64,000 nucleotides of DNA, taken from the IMG/VR virus record IMGVR_UViG_3300044641_010298, positions 40,213-104,212 of that record. One strand, written 5' to 3'. The DNA comes from a virus. The notes under the pieces were generated by a model. The model searched no databases. It worked only from the letters and a program-made list of their open reading frames with translations, and was not told where the DNA came from. This document shows positions 21,671 through 31,979 of the stretch, piece after piece. Each line of letters starts with the position of its first letter. Position 1 is the stretch's first letter. A program made the translations under genes and the position numbers.

Positions 21671-22513
21671 TCAAATATACCCGAGAATAATGTTCTCGTA
21701 TTTCTTTGCAGCCTGCTCGAGAGTAAAACTCTCCTCTATGAATTCTCTTGGTAAGAAACTTGAAATTTTTTGAGAAAATTCATCAAATCTATCAATATTA
21801 AAGGTGTCAAAGATCTCACCGCAGCGCTGGTCAAAATATGGAACGCTAGTTGAATCAGCAGGGTTATCCTTGTAGTGAAAATAGTCAAACTTTGATTTAT
21901 TCACAACATAGCAGGGCACACCCATTGAGAGTATCTGCATGTAAGCAATTCCTTGTGACTCAGTACCCGTCAAAAGAATGCAAGATCTAGCGCTTTCACA
22001 GGCAAGATATAGATCTTTCTCTTCGTATTTTCCATACTCTATGATCCTGTGAGGGACGGACCTGCTTCTGAGGTGATTGATGACAAAATCAAGCTCTTCT
22101 CTCTGCCGACTCTTGAAATAGACTAAGACCTCTTTCTTTTGTTGATTTTTTGGGGACCAAAGATCAGTATCAATGCCTGCGGGCCACACATCAATTGTGG
22201 ATGATGACATCTCTGCGTATTTTTGGTACTTTTTCTTAACCCATTCGCTTGGGACAACATAGTGATCAAATTTTTTACAAATTTCTCCCCACTCACTTGG
22301 AAAGATGAATAAATTTGGTCCCATTATAGCATTTCTAGGAAGAGATCCCAGAGCTTGAGTGGGCTGTAAACATCCCTGGATAACATCGGATTGTATCCTG
22401 CTATTTCCATAGACAGACCATCCAATTCCAGCTAGGCCTCTTGCAAGACTTTCAACAACTCTTCCAGGTCCTCTTTGAGTCGAAGAAAAATGCAAGTTTA
22501 TTTCTTTTTTCAA
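21671..22513 (-). CDS. glycosyltransferase (GT-B/GT4-like)
   Basis: 'VVPSEWV', 'GIDTDLW', 'ESQGIAYMQILSMGVP'. Confidence 0.75.
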   Translation of the reverse strand: MKKEINLHFSSTQRGPGRVVESLARGLAGIGWSVYGNSRIQSDVIQGCLQPTQALGSLPRNAIMGPNLFIFPSEWGEICKKFDHYVVPSEWVKKKYQKYAEMSSSTIDVWPAGIDTDLWSPKNQQKKEVLVYFKSRQREELDFVINHLRSRSVPHRIIEYGKYEEKDLYLACESARSCILLTGTESQGIAYMQILSMGVPCYVVNKSKFDYFHYKDNPADSTSVPYFDQRCGEIFDTFNIDRFDEFSQKISSFLPREFIEESFTLEQAAKKYENIILGYI

Positions 22514-23313
22514 CTTCTTTCCAGAAGGCTTATAGAAGAAGGATAATGAGCAGAAGTATTGTTTATCTCAGAAAGCGACAAGAAGTCAATCTTCTTTCCC
22601 TGATCCCAGATCTTTTTCAAATTTTCTGGTAATTCCTCGCCCGACTTGTTCTTGTACTCATCTTGGACACGATTGATGGGCAAGTTCACTATGCAGGAAG
22701 ATGCCATACAGACACATCCAAAGTTTTGAGACATCTGCTTGGCAATTTGCAACCTGTCCTCGAACTGATTTGGATTATTGAATTCAATCATCTGAATCCA
22801 TGATAGCATCTGATCTTTTCTAAAGACGTGTCCATCAACAGATATTGGGTAACTCCAGTCTCCAGATCCAGCGCGCCAGTCCCAAGCAAAAAATCCTCCC
22901 TGGATCATTCCGTCTGGGATTGGCTGCTTCTCTCCTGTTGGATAGCAATAGTTTAGATGCATACCCATTCTCATTGAGAATGTTAGAATGCTGGGATTTG
23001 CATCCAAGATGCCGCACATTGTCAATATTGAGCATCTCTTCTTGAAGATGATATCATCAACAAAGAATGTGCAAAATCTGCTTGCCTCAGAAAAGCAAGA
23101 CATGATATCTTGCTTAAAATTTCCCTGATTTACGAACCTAACATGTGGAAATTTTTTTCTTATCTCTTCGAGACCATCAACATAGAGATCATCGTATTTG
23201 AAAATAACAGATATTGAGGAGTGATCCTTGATGTCAGAATAAAAATGAAGAGATTCTAACAATGCATAGAGCTGGAGGGGTCTATTCCTAGAAAATATTA
23301 CAGTATCGATCAT
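22510..23313 (-). CDS. glycosyltransferase (GT-A-like)
   Basis: 'IFSRNRPLQL', 'FFVDD'. Confidence 0.65.
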   Translation of the reverse strand: MIDTVIFSRNRPLQLYALLESLHFYSDIKDHSSISVIFKYDDLYVDGLEEIRKKFPHVRFVNQGNFKQDIMSCFSEASRFCTFFVDDIIFKKRCSILTMCGILDANPSILTFSMRMGMHLNYCYPTGEKQPIPDGMIQGGFFAWDWRAGSGDWSYPISVDGHVFRKDQMLSWIQMIEFNNPNQFEDRLQIAKQMSQNFGCVCMASSCIVNLPINRVQDEYKNKSGEELPENLKKIWDQGKKIDFLSLSEINNTSAHYPSSISLLERS

Positions 23314-24011
23314 TTTACCACGCCCGTATAAAGATACAGGGATCTATAGAAGCTTGACAATGATAATGCAATTTTTGGATCATAGGCTGGACTGTGTTCG
23401 AACCTATAGGTTACAAGTCGCTCAGGAAGTATTTCAATTTTTGCAAACTTGATCGCTCTTAGCCAGAAATGATAATCCTCGCAGAAAGGAAAGCAATCTT
23501 CGTAGACCCCAATGTGATCAATCAGGGACCGCTTAAAGATCATGCTGGAATTTGCAAGGCAATTTCTTCCAGAAAGCATGCTGCTGATTATTTCATTGTG
23601 TGTCAGAGGATGGAATATCTGATTTTCGTAGAGCGTTCCATCTTTATGTGTTGTCAATATCTGTGTACCAACAACATCTGCTCCATTTTCATCGATGCAC
23701 TTGATCTGCTTTTCAATCTTTCCATCGTGCCAGATATCATCAGCATCCAAGAGGGCAACTAGATCACCCTTTGCAATAAAAAGACCCTTGTTTCTTGCAG
23801 GAACTTTTCCCTTTTGAGATTCAACAACGATCACCCTGCCATCTATTTCTGCTTCTTTGTTGGCAACTTCCATTGTTGAATCTGTGCAGCCATTGACAAT
23901 TACAATGACCTCTTCAATGACAGGACCCTGGGAAAGCGCGCTCTGGATTGCGTCACGAAGTGTGGATTCAGCATTATAGGCAGGAATTATGACCGAGACG
24001 CTGTGATTCAC
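23310..24011 (-). CDS. glycosyltransferase family 2
   Basis: 'SVIIPAYN', 'ARNKG', 'LLDADD', 'EDY'. Confidence 0.92.
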   Translation of the reverse strand: MNHSVSVIIPAYNAESTLRDAIQSALSQGPVIEEVIVIVNGCTDSTMEVANKEAEIDGRVIVVESQKGKVPARNKGLFIAKGDLVALLDADDIWHDGKIEKQIKCIDENGADVVGTQILTTHKDGTLYENQIFHPLTHNEIISSMLSGRNCLANSSMIFKRSLIDHIGVYEDCFPFCEDYHFWLRAIKFAKIEILPERLVTYRFEHSPAYDPKIALSLSSFYRSLYLYTGVVK

Positions 24012-25840
24012 TGGATCCCCTCGATGTGTGGGACCTTGTTCTTCCAGTCCACCTTTCTGTGAAAGATATGCCCACCTAGCTCTTTTGCCAGCTTATCTGC
24101 AAGCTGTCTAATGTCTTCGTCTGAGACTTCTGCCCAAGGCTTATCAAAGAACATGTTATTGTCAGCGCTATCCTCCTGTCGGATATCAAATAGGCTCTCC
24201 CAGTGACGCTGCCAGTAATCTCTGTATGTTCTAATCTTTCTCTCCATGTTAAACCACGAGTAGTGTCGAGGAGAGGGCAGGCTGCTGACAACGTGCTTGA
24301 ACCATGACTGGTAGGCGTGAAGCGCCTCTGGATGACCTCCAATGGCTGCGATTCTTGCACGATGAGCTTCTTCTGTGTAGAAATTTGCGCAAGGAATTGG
24401 GTCACCTGTTGAAACGTGAATGTAATCACATCCGTCTGTCCCCTGCCTTGCATACAGATTCCCCTCAGAATCTGTCATTCGAAGCTGTGCTGGTATTCCA
24501 TGCGTTATATGGGGAAGATTTCTAGATAGTCTCCACTTCCAGGGAGTGATATCCATTCTAACCTTCTCTTTTGATCCCCAAAATTCAACAACTGGAAGGC
24601 AGACAAGGTTTGAAGTCTTTGGAAATGACTTACAAAGATCTCTTACCTTTGTCCAGTCAGATTCTGGTAAGACCTCATCTGCATCCATCTGCCAGCAAAA
24701 ATCACCAGTACAATGGCTTCTTGCAACTGCCTTCTGGTCTCCATCAAATACAGCAAACCGCTTGTGTGACCAATCTCTCTCGTTTCTTACGAGCTTGATC
24801 CTGGGATCATTGCTAGCCATTTCTTGGAGCCTTTCCCAGGTTCCATCCTTCGAGCCGCCATCAACGATGACAACCTCATCGCAGAACCCGACCATTGACC
24901 TAATTGAATCCTCGTACGGGTATTGATGCTTGATGCAATCAAGCGTGGTTGTGTATCCGGATATGCTGGGTTCATTCTGTGCTATCTTGTTGACAACGCC
25001 CCAGAACATATCAGGCCTGTTCCTGAGATAAGCACAGACGTCATTTGGCGCTGCCTGGAACCATGGCTCTGCAGCATGCTGCACGTTCTCATTTGTGACA
25101 ACTTCACATCCGAGCAGCTTGGCCTCTATGACCATTCTTGGGCATGTATCTCCGCCTTTTGGCAAGTAGACAAATCCCGATGATTCTGACATCTTTTGTA
25201 GCATTTGATCATATGGAAGGTCCCAAACAATCTCATACTGCTTGTTATTGCTGATGCACCACTGCTCAGCGTCATCGGCGCCCTTTATCCATGATTTTGA
25301 TCCAAGAACTAACCATCCAGATCTTGTATTTTCAGATTTTGATAAATCATCAACCTTTTGGAAAAATTCATCTCCAAAAACAGAGCTTAGGACAGTTGTC
25401 TTCTTGTCATTAAGAAATGGAAATCTATCTGTGTAGCGCTGCTTTTGTGCTTCAGACATCCAGAAGACGTGATCAGCAGCATAATAGAACGCAGAAACAA
25501 GCTTTCCTAAGTCTTTTTCGTGGCAATCACAATCCTTTCCAGTCTCTGACTTGTGCTTCTCAATTGACCTATATTGGCAGAATTTATAATCATACTCAAG
25601 GATGGCAAACTTAAGATTTGATGCAATTGTCGGAATGAGATTAAAATCGATTGATGCAAAATTACCAAAAACCCAGATGTCATCCTTGTGATTCTGGATT
25701 AGATTCATTGTAAGATTTCTGGCGTGAATCTTGACAACCTCAAACGGGCTCTTTCCAATAAGAGACTCAGTTGTAAGCTCAGCACCTCCAGCATAATTTT
25801 CTGCAAAAAGATCAGCTACGAAGACTACTTTGTTTTTCAT
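24008..25840 (-). CDS. two-domain glycosyltransferase (GT4-like + GT2)
   Basis: N-half 'GGAE', 'CPRMVIEAKLLG'; C-half 'VDGGSKDGT', 'MDADE'; likely start MKNK at 25840. Confidence 0.8.
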   Translation of the reverse strand: MKNKVVFVADLFAENYAGGAELTTESLIGKSPFEVVKIHARNLTMNLIQNHKDDIWVFGNFASIDFNLIPTIASNLKFAILEYDYKFCQYRSIEKHKSETGKDCDCHEKDLGKLVSAFYYAADHVFWMSEAQKQRYTDRFPFLNDKKTTVLSSVFGDEFFQKVDDLSKSENTRSGWLVLGSKSWIKGADDAEQWCISNNKQYEIVWDLPYDQMLQKMSESSGFVYLPKGGDTCPRMVIEAKLLGCEVVTNENVQHAAEPWFQAAPNDVCAYLRNRPDMFWGVVNKIAQNEPSISGYTTTLDCIKHQYPYEDSIRSMVGFCDEVVIVDGGSKDGTWERLQEMASNDPRIKLVRNERDWSHKRFAVFDGDQKAVARSHCTGDFCWQMDADEVLPESDWTKVRDLCKSFPKTSNLVCLPVVEFWGSKEKVRMDITPWKWRLSRNLPHITHGIPAQLRMTDSEGNLYARQGTDGCDYIHVSTGDPIPCANFYTEEAHRARIAAIGGHPEALHAYQSWFKHVVSSLPSPRHYSWFNMERKIRTYRDYWQRHWESLFDIRQEDSADNNMFFDKPWAEVSDEDIRQLADKLAKELGGHIFHRKVDWKNKVPHIEGIQ

Positions 25841-25873
25841 AGAAAAATAGTAGTCAAGAACTCTTAAATGTTT

Positions 25874-25904
25874 AAAAGAAAAAGCCGGGCTCAAGGCCCA
25901 GCTT
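25874..25904 (-). terminator. intrinsic terminator after fibre gene
   Basis: minus strand AAGCTGGGC-CTTGA-GCCCGGCTT then TTCTTTT. Confidence 0.7.
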
Positions 25905-25924
25905 AGTCTTTGTCAGCTAAAGAG

Positions 25925-28303
25925 CTAGATCTCTTCGATCACAAACTTGTATCTCTTTCCAGAGTGATTGTTTGTAATTGAGAGGAAGTCTCTCTCCTCA
26001 ATGATGGTCCAGTCACCACGATCGTTGCGAAGGTGCAAGTCGCCGGTGTACATGTTGCGCCACCGGAATGAAGGTGAGCCAAGGTCATAGGCAACGTCTG
26101 CTCCTGGAAGCATATTCTCATTGACAGTGATCGTTCCTGCACCTGACGTGGATCCAATGTTAATATTTGTCGTCGAGTTAGAAGCACCACCAGTTCCAAT
26201 GTTGATCGTCTTTGTGGTGGATGCGGCAGTCGCACCAGTTCCAAGGTTGTAAGTCGAGGATCCCGTTGAAGCAGTTCCAAGATTTACTGTCTGCGTCGAC
26301 GTGGTGGTGCTTGCAATTGAGAGTGTTGTTGAAACACCTGCAAAATTAATCGTTGTTACGTCGGAATTTAGAAGGTCAGCTCTTGTTATAGTGGGGCCTG
26401 ATCCTAGAATCAAGCTTCCGCCTATTGTACCGCTCTGGACAGTAAAGATGTTATCTGAGTCAGCACGGAAGAAAGCACCTTGGCCTGTAACACCCTTTGC
26501 GATGTTCAGGTATACAGCTGATCCGCTGACTATTGTTGTCGAAGTACCTCCAACAACCATTGCCTTTCCAGAATCAGCTGTAATAAGCGCTGCATTTGAT
26601 GAAAGAGATACAGATGATGAATTTATTGTCAGGTATGGCTGAGCATGCTTCTGAAATCCAACACCAGTATCACCATGTCGCATCAAGAAGTTGCTTGATC
26701 CGCTGAGGTTTAGATTGGATCCTGCTGCTGATCCGAGTGTAAATCCGTTTGCGCTAGTGGCAGTTCCTACAGCAGCAGCACCTGCAAATGCGAAGCTTGT
26801 TGATCCTCCGTGCGATCCGATTGTGACGCCAGATCCCGTAAGAACAAGGTTTCTTGCTATAGATCCAGCCCCTCCATCTCTTGCAAACAACGTGAGGCTT
26901 GTCGATGGAATGCCCGTAACCGATCCGGCCTGTATTCCATTGACGTCAAAATTGACGCCAGTCGTTGAATCAAGATCAACAGCGGCGCCGCTGAGGATTA
27001 GTGACTTTCCTCCAACAGCTCCGAACTTAGCTGCTCCGGCTGATCCTGTGAGCTCGGCATGAGAGCTTCCTCCAATCTGGAACTCAATGGGCTGATTTGA
27101 TGCAGGATTGAGGGTAATCTTGCTCGCTGTTGAATTGACTGTGACAGGTCCCGATGCCTGGGCAAGAAGAGATGTACCATCAGAGGAAGAAACAAATGCT
27201 GTAGTTCCTCCAACATCAAATCTAGCCGCCCTTACTGGCTGCAGAGCAGTAACGCTAACAGCTGTTGCAACGCTTCCTGTTGGTGAGCTTGTTGTCTTTG
27301 TTGCTACGAAAGATGAGTTGGAATTTGACCAGACGAATGCAACATTATTTCCGTCACCAGTAATTCCACCAATGAATCCTCGATCACCAGCAGATAGAGC
27401 AATTGATCCAGAAGAGAACCCAAGACCGATGACAGGATCTTGAATCTCTGTGACTGTTGAATCAATTGTGGTAACTGTTCCGCTGATGTAGAGATCGCCC
27501 TTGACTGTGAGGCTGTTGTTGACTGTAGTCGTGCCAGTGCTTGAACCGATTGCTACTGCAGTAGCAGCACCGCCAATGTTAACAGTTGTTGCACTTGTGT
27601 TGAACAGGGTCGCTGTTGCAGCGGTGGTCGTAATATCTCCACCGTTGACTGCTAGATCACTGCTGGCGCTTACAATGCCAACAAGAGTCGATGTTCCAGC
27701 AACAGTAAGATTTCCACCGGCTTGTAGATCACTAGAGCCGCTTATTACACCGTCATTGCCTAGAGAGACAACCTGCAGTCCTGATCCATTCTTTGTGACA
27801 AAGGATCCAGAGGTTACAACGTTATTTGTATCATCAATTGTAACACCGGATGTATCCTGGATGAGCTTTCCGGTCAATCCATCAAAACGAGCAATGGCAT
27901 TATCCGTTGCGCTAGCCGGTCCGTCAACGTCTCCACCACCTGCGCCTGCTGTAAGAGATGTGAGTGTTACACCGCCTGAGTTTCCGCTATCAAAGAATGT
28001 GAGGCCGCCAGATCCTGAGGTGATCTTTGCTGCACCTCCTAAGAACTGGATCTCGTTAGATGTGATTGTGATCGATCCAGTTCCTACGGTCAAAGATCCG
28101 CTAACAACTGCATCTCCGCCAAAAATTGCGGTTCCTGAGGTTCCTTTTCCTCCAATCGAACCGCTGACGAAGAACGAGCTATCTGTTCCTGGGTTTGATG
28201 GAAACGTTCCTGGGCCTGGATTTCCAAAGATAACAGACCCTGTTATTCCAATCTTCCAGGCATCTGCGCTACTGCCCGAGATGTTGTTAGTGATTAATGC
28301 CAT
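25925..28303 (-). CDS. Gly/Ser/Thr-rich fibre-like virion protein
   Basis: 792 aa beta-repeat-like; 'SATDNAIARFDG.TGKLIQ'; C-terminal 'YTGDLHLRNDRGDWTIIEE'. Confidence 0.7.
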   Translation of the reverse strand: MALITNNISGSSADAWKIGITGSVIFGNPGPGTFPSNPGTDSSFFVSGSIGGKGTSGTAIFGGDAVVSGSLTVGTGSITITSNEIQFLGGAAKITSGSGGLTFFDSGNSGGVTLTSLTAGAGGGDVDGPASATDNAIARFDGLTGKLIQDTSGVTIDDTNNVVTSGSFVTKNGSGLQVVSLGNDGVISGSSDLQAGGNLTVAGTSTLVGIVSASSDLAVNGGDITTTAATATLFNTSATTVNIGGAATAVAIGSSTGTTTVNNSLTVKGDLYISGTVTTIDSTVTEIQDPVIGLGFSSGSIALSAGDRGFIGGITGDGNNVAFVWSNSNSSFVATKTTSSPTGSVATAVSVTALQPVRAARFDVGGTTAFVSSSDGTSLLAQASGPVTVNSTASKITLNPASNQPIEFQIGGSSHAELTGSAGAAKFGAVGGKSLILSGAAVDLDSTTGVNFDVNGIQAGSVTGIPSTSLTLFARDGGAGSIARNLVLTGSGVTIGSHGGSTSFAFAGAAAVGTATSANGFTLGSAAGSNLNLSGSSNFLMRHGDTGVGFQKHAQPYLTINSSSVSLSSNAALITADSGKAMVVGGTSTTIVSGSAVYLNIAKGVTGQGAFFRADSDNIFTVQSGTIGGSLILGSGPTITRADLLNSDVTTINFAGVSTTLSIASTTTSTQTVNLGTASTGSSTYNLGTGATAASTTKTINIGTGGASNSTTNINIGSTSGAGTITVNENMLPGADVAYDLGSPSFRWRNMYTGDLHLRNDRGDWTIIEERDFLSITNNHSGKRYKFVIEEI

Positions 28304-28363
28304 TTTTTCCTCTCTCGATTAACTATCTTGATCTTGTTAAGGGGAAGCCTAAATCATCTGTTT

Positions 28364-29821
28364 TTAATCAAATTCAGGTGCTGGCTCGAGGACAAATTTG
28401 TATCTCTTTCCTGTCTTATTAAATCTAATTGTTAAACATTCCTCTTCCTCAATGATGGTGTAATCTCCTCGATCATTTCGAAGGTGAAGGTCGCCCGTGT
28501 AGACATTTGCAAATCTTCGGACGGGAGATCCCAGATTTCTCGACATATCAGCATCTGGAATTATGTTTGATCCTAGATTTGATCTAAAGTTCACAACATC
28601 AGCACCTGTTCTTCCAAGATAAACAGATCCTGATATCATTACGTCACCGCCAAAGACTGCAGTTCCCTTTGTTGCTCCGTCTTTTGAGCTAGGCGCACCT
28701 CCGACAAAGAAGTTTGTATCAGAAGATAGGAATGGATTTGCTGCTGCAGGATATATGCTTGGCATTATTGCAACAGTTACCTCGGATGCAGCCGTACTCG
28801 ATGTTACGTACAGGAAGTTAACTGTATTGCCACCTGTAGTCCTGATACTTCCAAAGAAATCTCCTCCGCTTGTTAGGTTTCTTAGCTCGAGATTTCCCGC
28901 TGGGGTCTGTTCAAGTATTCCATTTCCTGCTACATCAGTTAGTGTTAAGAGGCCACCTCTTACAGTTGCATTGCCCGCAACAGTAATATTTCCTCCTCCC
29001 AAGATATTTGAAGAAGCGCTGATCACTCCGGCTGTTGTCACAACAAAATCTGTGTCACCAGCTGCATCTTTTATGATAAGAGATCCAGACGATACTATGT
29101 TTCCGCCAAAAAGTGCAACAGATGTTGAAGAAGATCCGGATACAAAGAAGAATACATCTGATCCTGCATTGTTTGTGACGTATGATGATCCTAGATTTCC
29201 TGCTAGCGCAAGCGAACCGGTCGTATTAAGCCTTCCAGCTACTGGATCAGTGAAATAAGAAGATCCTCCGCCTCCACCACCCGTTGAAGTGATAGTGATA
29301 GAGCCGTTTGAAGCTGTTGAAAGCGAGATATTTGATCCTGCGATAAGATATGAGGATCCATCTGAAACTCTCTGTAGAGACCCTGTGATACCAGCAGAAA
29401 AAATAGCATTTTCTGTTGCTTGGACGTATTTGAAAGATCCTGATTTTGCATAAATCTGATCCCATAGAAGAGCAGGCGACCCAAGATCATAGTCTTCACT
29501 TGATACAGGAACTATATTAGATCCTACTCTTCCTGAAAAATCGATGATATCGGCTGATGTTTGTCCAAGGACTGTGTTATCAAATACAGTCAAAGATCCA
29601 CTGATCTTTACGCTACCACCAAACACTGTGAAAGCGTTAGTGCCTCTACTTCCTGTGACAAACAGGAATGTATCAGATCCTGCACCAAGCGCAGGCGTAA
29701 TTGATCCTAGCCCATCAGCATTTGAAGCAGATATTATGACAAGAGAAGGACCAGGAGATAGGCTTCTCGATGCAATTATCTGACTTGTTCTAATCTGTGA
29801 AGTAAGAAAGTCTCTTGCCAT
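28364..29821 (-). CDS. fibre-like virion protein, partial paralog of 25925..28303
   Basis: 485 aa; three 'SD.FFFV.G...FGG....SGS' repeats; same C-terminal YTGDLHLRNDRGD motif. Confidence 0.7.
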   Translation of the reverse strand: MARDFLTSQIRTSQIIASRSLSPGPSLVIISASNADGLGSITPALGAGSDTFLFVTGSRGTNAFTVFGGSVKISGSLTVFDNTVLGQTSADIIDFSGRVGSNIVPVSSEDYDLGSPALLWDQIYAKSGSFKYVQATENAIFSAGITGSLQRVSDGSSYLIAGSNISLSTASNGSITITSTGGGGGGSSYFTDPVAGRLNTTGSLALAGNLGSSYVTNNAGSDVFFFVSGSSSTSVALFGGNIVSSGSLIIKDAAGDTDFVVTTAGVISASSNILGGGNITVAGNATVRGGLLTLTDVAGNGILEQTPAGNLELRNLTSGGDFFGSIRTTGGNTVNFLYVTSSTAASEVTVAIMPSIYPAAANPFLSSDTNFFVGGAPSSKDGATKGTAVFGGDVMISGSVYLGRTGADVVNFRSNLGSNIIPDADMSRNLGSPVRRFANVYTGDLHLRNDRGDYTIIEEEECLTIRFNKTGKRYKFVLEPAPEFD

Positions 29822-29822
29822 T

Positions 29823-30038
29823 TTATCCTCTCACCGCGACGACCCTAATTGCCCCTGTGAAAGCGGCTGAGGTGTTTAGTGTGCAGCCCGATGATGTTAA
29901 GTTACTTACGAACACTTCAACATTTGTCTGCACGGGCAAGGCTGTAATTGCAGGTGCTGATATAAATGCTGTTGAGAAGCTCACGCTTTTTGTGGTTTCT
30001 CCGACAAAAGGAATTATCTGGTTTTCAATTTGAATCAT
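29823..30038 (-). CDS. small beta-rich fibre-associated protein
   Basis: 71 aa; 'VSFSTAFISAPAIT' resembles neighbour 30038..30370. Confidence 0.5.
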   Translation of the reverse strand: MIQIENQIIPFVGETTKSVSFSTAFISAPAITALPVQTNVEVFVSNLTSSGCTLNTSAAFTGAIRVVAVRG

Positions 30039-30370
30039 CAGGCCACCTGTATTGCAGAGAAAGTTACCTGACCAGTGAATTGTGCACTTACAGAAATTGT
30101 AACCGATGTTGTAGTTACTGCATTTATGTAGACATTAACGTTTGAATTATCAGTTGTTTGAACTGAAATTGCAGAGATTGCTGGTGCAGAAGCGAAGGAT
30201 GAGACAAAGTTGTAAGTCTTTGGCCCATCCTCATTTGCAAACTCTATTACACCTGTCTCAACATTGAAATCTTCTGATGTTTCAGTAACTTCCCTTTTTT
30301 CAAATCTCGCATAGGGATACACCTTTGTGAACCTATTGAGATCTCGCTTTTTCAGTGTTACAGTTGCCAC
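30038..30370 (-). CDS. small fibre-associated protein (H-type lectin-like)
   Basis: 110 aa; 'YNFVSSFASAPAIS...VTTTSVTI'. Confidence 0.5.
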   Translation of the reverse strand: MATVTLKKRDLNRFTKVYPYARFEKREVTETSEDFNVETGVIEFANEDGPKTYNFVSSFASAPAISAISVQTTDNSNVNVYINAVTTTSVTISVSAQFTGQVTFSAIQVA

Positions 30371-30394
30371 TTTTCACCCTACTTCTTAATTATG

Positions 30395-31702
30395 CTAGAG
30401 GAGGCGTGAAGCAAGCGTAGCAAGCTCAGATCTTTCTCCCTTTGTTAGTGTAATGTGGCCTGCAATTCTCTCGTTTTTGAATTTTTCTATTGTAATGGTG
30501 AGTCCGTTTGAAAGACTGTCAAGGTAGGGAGTATCAATCTGTTCAATATCTCCCAAAAGAACAATCTTTGAATTCTCTCCCATTCTTGTGATAATAGTCT
30601 TTAGCTCATGAATGGTAGAGTTTTGAGCCTCATCAACAATCAAAAAAGTGTTATTAAAGGTCCTTCCTCTAATAAATGCAAGAGGAGAAACCTCTATTTG
30701 CCCCTTTTGTCTCATTGCCTCAAAGTACGTGACATCCTTGAATGCTTGCCTAAAATTATCAAGGATGGGTGAAAGCCATGGACTCATCTTATCATCAATA
30801 TCTCCAGGCAAGAATCCAATTTCCTTTCCAACAGTCTGGAGAGATCTTGTAATCACTATTCTGTCGTACTTCTTGTCCTGGAGCCCTGATAGTCCTGCCA
30901 TTAGAGTCAAAAAAGTCTTACCAGACCCTGCAAGGCCTGTCATTGTCACCATTTGAACGTCGTCTCTGGTAAGAAGATCTAGTGCAAATTTTTGCTCCTT
31001 ATTTCTTGGAGATATTCCAATTACCCTAGAAATCTTATTCACAGGCTGCCTAATGAATCCGTCATAAAAGACGCCAATTGCAGACTGATTTCCGGACCTG
31101 AGTACAACAAACTGATTTTGATGTAATTCCTCATCAACTTTTGATACTTCGATTTTATCAGACTGATAGAACTCATCAATAATCGAAGAATCTTCAATTT
31201 CTATCTCTTCGACGCCAGAGTACATCTGGCTCTTGTCTTTGACAATTCTGTCCTTGTAATAGTCCTCTGCATTTATTCCTAGAGAATCGCACTTAACCCT
31301 GAAATTGATGTCTTTTGTGATGACAACTACTTTTCCGGGCGTATTTCTCTTGCAGTTAAGCGCGCAGGCAATGATCTTGTTGTCGCCTGTTGCAGAATCT
31401 AAGCCTCCTGGGACCTCGTATGTTCCAATATCAACTCTGATTGTCTGATCTCCTTCGATTGTTACGCCATCGTGAAGAGATCCCTGACTTCTAAGCTTAT
31501 CTAGATATCGATTGATGTATCTTGCTGATTCTCCTAGAATTTCTTGCTTCTCCTTGAATCTATCAAGCTCATCAAGGACGACGATTGGAATCACAACGTC
31601 ATTTCCTGGCAAAGAATGAATAGAACTCTTGTCGTAGAGAAGAACCGAGGTATCAATTATGAAAGTCTTTCTCTTTGCCTGGGCTGTAATTTCAGTCTGC
31701 AT
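30395..31702 (-). CDS. phoH: PIN-domain PhoH family ATPase
   Basis: 'IIDTSVLL' PIN; Walker A 'GLAGSGKT'; 'GFLPG', 'RGRTF', 'IVDEAQN', 'LGDIEQID'. Confidence 0.93.
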   Translation of the reverse strand: MQTEITAQAKRKTFIIDTSVLLYDKSSIHSLPGNDVVIPIVVLDELDRFKEKQEILGESARYINRYLDKLRSQGSLHDGVTIEGDQTIRVDIGTYEVPGGLDSATGDNKIIACALNCKRNTPGKVVVITKDINFRVKCDSLGINAEDYYKDRIVKDKSQMYSGVEEIEIEDSSIIDEFYQSDKIEVSKVDEELHQNQFVVLRSGNQSAIGVFYDGFIRQPVNKISRVIGISPRNKEQKFALDLLTRDDVQMVTMTGLAGSGKTFLTLMAGLSGLQDKKYDRIVITRSLQTVGKEIGFLPGDIDDKMSPWLSPILDNFRQAFKDVTYFEAMRQKGQIEVSPLAFIRGRTFNNTFLIVDEAQNSTIHELKTIITRMGENSKIVLLGDIEQIDTPYLDSLSNGLTITIEKFKNERIAGHITLTKGERSELATLASRLL

Positions 31703-31757
31703 TTTTTCCCTTTAGTAAAATCTATACCGGACAGTTACATTTTAATCAGAGGTAACG

Positions 31758-31979
31758 ATGAAGTGTTATGAAATGCATGATTCTGGAAAAATAGATTGCC
31801 AAAATAAGTCATGCAGGCAATGGATAAACTGTAAGCAGCATCAAAATTGCACGCTGATTGCATCAAAGTCAGGACCAATGTCTCTCCAGGAAATAGGGGA
31901 CATCATGGGTGTGACAAGAATGAGAATCTGTCAAATGGAAAAGAGAATAGTTCAAAAAATATCTGATTTCATTAAGTAA
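31758..31979 (+). CDS. stand-alone sigma-70 region-4 HTH protein with Cys-rich N-terminus
   Basis: 'MSLQEIGDIMGVTRMRICQMEKR' matches sigma r4 'TL.EIG....VTRERIRQIE'. Confidence 0.8.
   Translation: MKCYEMHDSGKIDCQNKSCRQWINCKQHQNCTLIASKSGPMSLQEIGDIMGVTRMRICQMEKRIVQKISDFIK

Noticed and set aside
426-31771. Plus-strand ORFs opposite the structural and glycan genes (e.g. 27501..28322, 6070..6570)
   Set aside because: Antisense shadows of well-supported minus-strand genes.
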